A stretch of DNA of 60,693 bases, filler included, from Basidiobolus ranarum (Eukaryota): NCBI GenBank assembly GCA_040143965.1. It is 6 parts of 6 records of this genome, joined end to end, with 100 filler letters (N's around TTAATTAATTAA, not from the genome) between each part and the next. Parts side by side here need not be neighbours in the genome. Positions count along the whole stretch, not along the records: positions 50,681 to 60,693 come from JASJQH010007629.1; 5 more parts are not named here. The stretch is one strand, 5' to 3'. Under the pieces are notes generated by a model. That model ran no database searches. It saw only the letters and a list, made by a program, of their open reading frames with translations, and was not told the DNA's origin. This document shows, piece after piece, positions 54,157-60,693 of the stretch; within the stretch, counting starts at the first letter, position 1; every line of letters begins with the position of its first letter. The position numbers and the translations under genes are program-made.

Positions 54157-54718
54157 TTAAGACTCCATGTTGGTATCTTCTTCCTCAGAAGAAGAATCGT
54201 CACCTTGTGCCTGTGCTTGAGCGGAGGCTGGTATATTGCGACGAGTAGCTTTAGCGTCACGTAGTCTTTGGACAGTAGTATGATTTCCGTGAATACATTC
54301 GGTGTATAGATCACATACTTGTTTTCCAATCTATCAAAAATAGGGTCAATAAAGACAAGCTAGTCTGTAAATAAAGATATGCTACGTACCTGATATGCGC
54401 TATCATCTTCCAAAGTTGTATTAAATTCGTCGTTCATGATTTGAAACAAAATCTCTTCTATATCTTCAGCATATACATTACGTCCGTCTAGATAGTTGAA
54501 TAGAAAATGGATTGAGTAAATTTGTCTTTGGATGTTGGGCAAAAATCAGGGATATTACTTTGACCAAAATAGTCCACAATAGTGCTCACCAACCACTCTT
54601 GTTTAGCAACTGAATCGACACCACCCCATTCCATCTCTACTGCGAGTTTCAATGCAGTCCAATTTTCGAATAACAGGGTAACACCTTCAGTGAAGGCAAC
54701 TTGGTTTGGGTGAGGCAT
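54157..54718 (-). CDS. TSR2: Pre-rRNA-processing protein TSR2 (WGG domain); 3 exons
   Basis: FTEGVTLLFENWTALKLAVEMEWGGVDS..KQEWL, EDIEEILFQIMNDEFNTTLEDDSAYQIG, acidic tail DDSSSEEEDTNMES*. Confidence 0.93.
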
Positions 54719-55584
54719 ATTCAAAGTTAAAGTGATGAATCGAGTATATGCTCAAGTTGAAGTGGGATCTTTCCAAAGATTGCTTAAGAGTCGAAGTCGA
54801 TCAAGATAGTAATAAAAAATTCCCTTTTTTCGGCCATGGTCAACCTTTTTTTTTACAATGAATCCCATCGGTCTCATATGATTGGATAAATCTCCCAGAT
54901 CCCATAATCCATCCATTTATTACATATACCGTGAATCTCTGGGTAGGATGTCCTTTGGGTTCGGGTGGTGATTTTGGATCGAGGTCGGCCAAGTCGTCGA
55001 GCTTGGTTCTTTCCTACCCTTTAAATCAATTTTTGGCTTCCCACTTTGTGGGAAATACATTTAAGAAAGTGAAGTGATTTCAATGGTGAAAATCGAGATG
55101 TTCGTGATGAAGTGACATTTCGATTTAATATATCAGTGTTCTATGATTGAACAATCCATTTAGATGAATTTCTACTTTTAGTTGCTTTTTAGAGTCACCA
55201 GTTACTCTACTTTACATGACGCGTCACTTACCCACATACCATACACTGAAGAGTGTAATCTATTCTCAAACATCGAGAGAAATACGCGCTTTTTTGGTCC
55301 AAGAAGGGTAGAGTGGTTATACCATTGTGACTTGGAACGCGCTACTTTGATTGGGAGTCTTTGGACTGTCACCGATCTAGCCCAAATAGGAAATCAGGGT
55401 TGGTCTAGTGCACTTGGTAATAGAATTAGCACGGAGTCATACTCCTACCCCTAACCCTATATCGGGGATGGTGGTGAATGATGAAGCGTAGTGGAGTTAC
55501 TCCTGTGTTTCACTTTGAATCCATATAAATAGGCTTGTGGGTAGTAGGAAATCGAATTTAGCTAACTATACCCTCTTCAATTTA

Positions 55585-56124
55585 ATGATTCAATTACAGA
55601 ACGGACATTCCTTTCAACCTTCCACCGATAAAGAGAATGGTTTACTAACACGAAGATTCTCCCGAATTTTTGAAATCTTTAAGAGTGATCCGTTAGAGAA
55701 ACTTTCTTTTAATCTTCCTACAACTCAACCCACCACTGAATTCGAGATTGACGAAGATTTTACCGAGTCCGTTGGTGTCCTATATAAAGATGCTTTTATC
55801 ACTTTACATGAGGATCATATTTGTATTCCTTATTACGAAGTTCCCATCACTCGTTGGAAGCAGATTCACTACCGAGATATCGCCCAAGTGTACAACTCAC
55901 AAGACCTTTACAACCATCAACATAAGCTATGGGGATCCAGTGGGACAGGCACATGGTGGGGACTAGACAAAAGATTCAAGTTCTATTCAACCAAATACGA
56001 CACCATGATCTTAATATTACAGAATTCAAAACGTCTTGGTGTTTCTATCAAAGATTCTAACCAGATAGGATTCGTAAAACGTCTAGTCTGTGAAGCTAAC
56101 GAAACGATGGTATTAATTGAATGA
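55585..56124 (+). CDS. Intronless hypothetical protein with bacterial-type PH-like domain
   Basis: First ATG at 55585. The C-terminal ~115 aa LYKDAFITLHEDHICIPYYEVPITRWKQIHYRDIAQV...KLWGSSGTGTWWGLDKR resembles a conserved uncharacterised family (Y.D..I......+.I..YY.P....K.I.Y..I......K.WG.....WW.LD.R). AATAAA signals lie downstream. Confidence 0.75.
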   Translation: MIQLQNGHSFQPSTDKENGLLTRRFSRIFEIFKSDPLEKLSFNLPTTQPTTEFEIDEDFTESVGVLYKDAFITLHEDHICIPYYEVPITRWKQIHYRDIAQVYNSQDLYNHQHKLWGSSGTGTWWGLDKRFKFYSTKYDTMILILQNSKRLGVSIKDSNQIGFVKRLVCEANETMVLIE

Positions 56125-56591
56125 TTCAAGCATCATTCCGACTATCTCATGTACATATTTCATCACGTGCATCTTTTCATCCCAAATAAACATTCTTAAT
56201 CAATAACCACCACTTCTGAAACCATACATATCAATATATCAGTTTCTTGAAATTTATCCTATTCTCTCGATTATCTATATTTATCTACAAATCAAATAAT
56301 TGATCCTTTCCTATAGTATTTGAACTTGACAAATGATATTCTTTAAAAAAAGAGAAACCCATCTATGAATTGACCATTAATATATCCCCAACCAGAGTGA
56401 AATTTACTAAATACAAATGAATTCCTCAGGTCACATGATAGACCAAAGTGAAGTATATATATAACTTAAATAAGAAGTTTCATAAAGAAAGCGCGTGCAA
56501 TAAGGTGAGTTTATAAAAGGACATTTACAAAATTCCAATGAATGGAACGATCTATTCTATATCAATCTATACTATAATCTATATACTTTAC

Positions 56592-58866
56592 TCAATCATC
56601 AGAACGTCCAAAAGAGGGACGCCAATCGTCCGGATGATCGGGATTTTCCGAAGAACTTTCTTCGGGTGTCACTTTTTCGATAGATAATCGTATGGACGGT
56701 AGGGTATCAATGGAGATACTATCTGAATGTTCACGTTTCATATGAGGACGTGGGGGTGGATTTAGAGGGGTGAAAGTGGGTGGTTGGAATGCTTGAAAAG
56801 AATGTGATTTGGCACTGTTTAGTTGATCTTCACTTCCGATAGAGACATCAGTGTTAGAATTTCCCGTGGATGCGACACTACCATCAGATCCAGGCGCTGT
56901 TTCAAATCGAGTGACAATTCTTAAAAGTGGCTGAGAAGGACTACGTTCTAATTTGATTCCTTCTGACGGGATCAAATTCGACGGTTTCACATGATGATGA
57001 TCAGTTGATGAACGTCGATCGATGGTACGGGTACTATTTAAAACGGCAGCATAAGTGGCATTTTCATCAGTTCCACGAATCGAAAGAATCACAAATACTG
57101 GACTAAAGCAAATAATTCCAGATAAGATAGCTAACGTAACCATTGTCATATTTCCCGCTATAGAGTATGGAAGGGGGGTGCCTTGAACCAATAAGGCGAC
57201 TGCTTGTACCATAAACCCAATCCCAGCTAAGGAACATAGCATAGAAAGCTGAATAACAAAGATCAGAATGATTAGTGCTGGAAATGGTGGGGTTCCTCAA
57301 TTCATCCGATAATTTCCTTACCTTCTTGAAACTGGACTTCGTGCGTGAAGATAAACAAAACGTTTTCATACCTCGATAGAATTGAAGAGCTGTCAAGGCA
57401 GGATTAGAAAAGAGAAGATCAACGGAGGGGGAAACGATGTACTTACCATAATACAAGAAGAAATAACTTTGACCCAAAAATAAAATAGGAATATAGAAGC
57501 TGTAGATGTCCACAATGTAACCTTTGGAATCCAGATACGGACGTAATGCTCGGATTATGAGTAATACTAGCATGATGACATTGTTACAGATAGCAAATAT
57601 CCCCCAGTATATGGATATTCTGTAGATACGACGTTTGAAAAGTTTCGCCAGAATTTGTCCCCTAAATCATTCTTACCATTGAGTATCTTGAATAAGACCA
57701 TTGATTCGAATTGAACACACTTACCATTTCAGCTGTACAAAGCCATAACCACTGAAGGCTATAAGTTTCATCACGTGGTAGACGACATCAAATGGTATAA
57801 TCACGTCGGATGTAGATAGACGCAGCAGTGACCCTTAGATCAATCAGAAGTGCGTGTAAGCAGAATGTGCATCAAATCATAATAAGTAAGAAAGCACCAA
57901 CCAATAAACCACGTGATCGAAGAAACATAAAGAATAATTCTCGTATCAATAACCCAACCTTCTTGATAAAATAGATTGATAATTTGACAGGAAGCGTAGA
58001 CAAGCGAAAAGAAAATCTTCAGGAAGGATATTAATTATTTTGAGGGAAAACACAAACTCATGCAAAAGTAACATACCATGACAAACAGAGTTCTCCTATC
58101 TAACGCGATCGTATAAGAAATGGTGGAAGCGTTCCATGGCCCATACTCTAACATAAAGAAAGGGTTTAAAATTGGACATACTTGACTTACTTCTTCTAGC
58201 TCACAAAACCTACCATGAAATATTTGTATCACCGGCGTTTCTCCATTTTGAGTGAGTTGGTAAAGACGCTGACCACTATAGAAATCCGTGATAACTGTCC
58301 GGTTATTGGTGTCTAAATGATTCAGTTTCCCATAGTATTCGAAAGGGCCTCCAAATTCTAAACTATTCAAGGTAGAAGAAAACAGAGAGAGTAGGAAGGG
58401 ACGGTCTTGATTATCGTTAAACAACGTGCGATTATAACTCTCGGTTATGTCTAATTTGTTGAGAATCTAAGAAAGTACATAGGTTATTAGGGTCTTTCAA
58501 AAGGGTTTTGTATTTGAGAGTTACCTCAGCCATTCCATTACAACGATGTTGGGTAATATCCTCCGAAGAGACAAAGACAACGTAACCGTCTAATTTGTTT
58601 AAGGTTTCTTCTGAGAGATCGAGAGTGGGTAGACTGACATGAAATAGGCATTTATCATTTTTATCAAAGTTTAGTCTAATTACGACTGCAGTGTAATCAT
58701 AATTTATGGTGTCATGGTGCTTTTCAAAAAAACCATAGAAGTCGTGTGAGGGATAGATGTCTTTACTCAGTTGGATTGGGTATTCTAGGGTAAAATAGGC
58801 ATACGACACTAGGGGTAACACAAATAAGAGATACCAAGTGAATAGCATACAGTGAATAACCCGCAT
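56592..58866 (-). CDS. Orphan membrane protein: signal peptide + ~230-aa ectodomain + 7 predicted TM helices + Ser/Pro-rich cytoplasmic tail (GPCR-like topology), multi-exon
   Basis: In-frame GT-AG splicing reconstructs one protein from ORFs 58432-58866, 58035-58424, 57103-57573 and 56592-57242 plus small exons. Seven hydrophobic segments were counted by eye. Confidence 0.8.
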
Positions 58867-59908
58867 TTCATATTATAATTGAACTAATGGTGAAATGGTT
58901 CTGAACCTGTAAAACAAATCATTTATAAGTGAATGGAGGGGCCGATTTAGAACTTTCGAATCTGGATCTGGAAGTGTCTACCCGAAGGTCTAGACGGGCG
59001 AGATCTTAGTCGTTCTCAGACGAATTCCTAGCCGAAATGCCAAAAGCGTGCTGGTGTAGTTAAAAATGTGACAATAGGCAACCGCTATTTGGGATGATAA
59101 TAGGCATCCACTGGGTAATTTATTTGGCGAAACAAATATAATGGCAACTCTATCTACCTAAGGGAATTTATGGCTCATTAGTAAGCTGAGCTAACTGAAT
59201 GCGCTTGCTTGAATGCGCTTGCTCTCTCCGACAAACTCTTGTGTATTCAACACCACCAGTATAAATTTTATATTTATCTAATAATATGCAATATATATAT
59301 CCAAATATTGCTGAGAGATGCCTGGAAAGCAAAATAAACATTCGAGTTCAATTCAGCTCACAAAGCGGGACTTGTACCTCTGACTCTACATACTATGTCT
59401 AGTGGTATTGTAAAATAACTTGCGGAGAGGGGCCTGTTAGCTCTGAAGTTAAAAAGTATCTGTTTATAGTCTGTATATGGATTATTCAGAAGTATATAGT
59501 TTTAGTACAAGAGATGCTTATATAATCAGGCGAAATTAAGTATTTATACATTTGATTATACATTTGAAAACAACAAGTTAAGCCTCATGCATCTACATCA
59601 ACAAAATCAGCCATTGTATGTGTACTCCTAAGCAATATATCAGTTCTTCAGGTTAGAGTATTGGTAGTTTCAAGATTTATAACGTGGTAGCTTATTATCT
59701 TTGTTAAATATCTTATTCCTATCTTTATGCACCCTGCTATTTCGTGTAGCACAATCAAGTTAGTCAACATTGGCTAGTTCACTATCCTTGAGCTGAAAGC
59801 TTGAATATATGCTTGGATTGAGAATAATAGGAAATATCTTGCGCAAATATAAGATAACTAAATACTGAGCTATATATGACTATATAGGTGTTTAGGCAAT
59901 GCTAATTT

Positions 59909-59924
59909 CAACAGTTATGAGCCC
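59909..59924 (+). mobile_element. Copia LTR 3' end / primer-binding site
   Basis: CAACA followed by GTTATGAGCCC, similar to the AACA-GGTTATGGGCCC junction of copia-type elements, immediately upstream of gag. Confidence 0.65.
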
Positions 59925-59943
59925 CAAGCTTGCACTCTCTGTA

Positions 59944-60350
59944 ATGTTTACTTCTCAAATTTATGGAACTTTTCCCTCTTCTGAAAAATTGGATAGAACC
60001 AATTATCAAGTTTGGAATATTAAAATGAAAATGCTGCTGCAAGAGAAAAGACTCTGGGACACTGTTGTAGGAGAAGAAAACAATGCAAAATGTATGAAAC
60101 CCAAGTTTTACTCCAGGTTAAAAAAGAACAAAGTGTCTTTAACACAATATGTCTTAATATTGAAGACAAGTTGCTAATTCAATGTTGAAGAGTTAAAGCT
60201 GCCAAGAAGGTATGGAAAGCCTTGAAAGTCACCTACCAAACATATTCTACTGCTAACAAGATGTTTCTAAGAAGACAATTGTTTAACTTAAAGATGAAGC
60301 CAGGAGAAGGTATTAAATGACTAATTAATAGAGTCACTTTTTTAGTGAAA
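59944..60350 (+). mobile_element. Degenerate Ty1/copia gag (DUF4219/UBN2-type)
   Basis: EKLDRTNYQVWNIKMKMLLQEKRLWDTV, then after a frameshift CLNIEDKLLIQC*RVKAAKKVWKALKVTYQTYSTANKMFLRRQLFNLKMKPGEGIK*LINRV. Stops and the frameshift indicate a dead element. Confidence 0.9.
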
Positions 60351-60693
60351 TGGAATGCATTTGAGTACCTACTACTCATTAAGATATCATAATTGTTGGA
60401 TAATTAATCTTTATTCAACATCATAGGTAACTTTAGTTATGATACATATATCAGAAACAGAAAGCAACATATCTATAGCCCATATATTCTAAATAGGAAT
60501 ATCTCTATATCTATATAACAAGTATGCCTTATTACCCCCACTTATCTATTATATCTTATTACACAAACTCCTGAATATCTTGAACAATTGATTTACTTTT
60601 CTACTATATAAGTCACCATATACTCTTAAGAATAAACTAACTAAAACACACTATCATAAGTTGCTTCTAATACTCAAAGTCTAACCCCATTAT

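Overview
Eukaryotic, AT-rich, intron-containing (short GT-AG introns) genomic DNA from a fungus. An early-diverging lineage, Zoopagomycota/Basidiobolus-like, is my inference from gene style only. The window is not one continuous locus. It is six ~10-kb contigs of strictly decreasing length (10047, 10044, 10041, 10030, 10018, 10013 nt) joined by identical 100-nt N/TTAATTAATTAA spacers, so neighbourhood across gaps is meaningless. Recognisable genes are: a pepsin-family aspartic protease with a GPI-type tail, a syntaxin, a double-SCP2 peroxisomal protein, an F-box protein, a SNF2/STH1-type ATPase (partial), an MFSD5-like transporter, a queuosine salvage hydrolase, two mitochondrial carriers (ORT1-like, MTM1-like), a Bur1/CDK9 kinase (partial), a GLI/ZIC-like C2H2 factor, a Rho GTPase, RPL11, a Pho80/Pcl cyclin (partial), the 3' end of ILV5, CHS7, GUK1, TSR2, an intronless PH-like hypothetical protein and an orphan 7-TM receptor-like protein. 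Ty1/copia and Ty3/gypsy remnants are also present. The most notable observations are a long rod-like RNA fold filling the RPL11 intron, an antisense gypsy RT fragment supplying the last codons of the MTM1-like carrier, an orphan signal-peptide/ectodomain/7-TM receptor, a mitochondrial-type presequence on GUK1 and a possible horizontally acquired PH-like gene. All family assignments come from manual translation and motif recognition; no searches were run.
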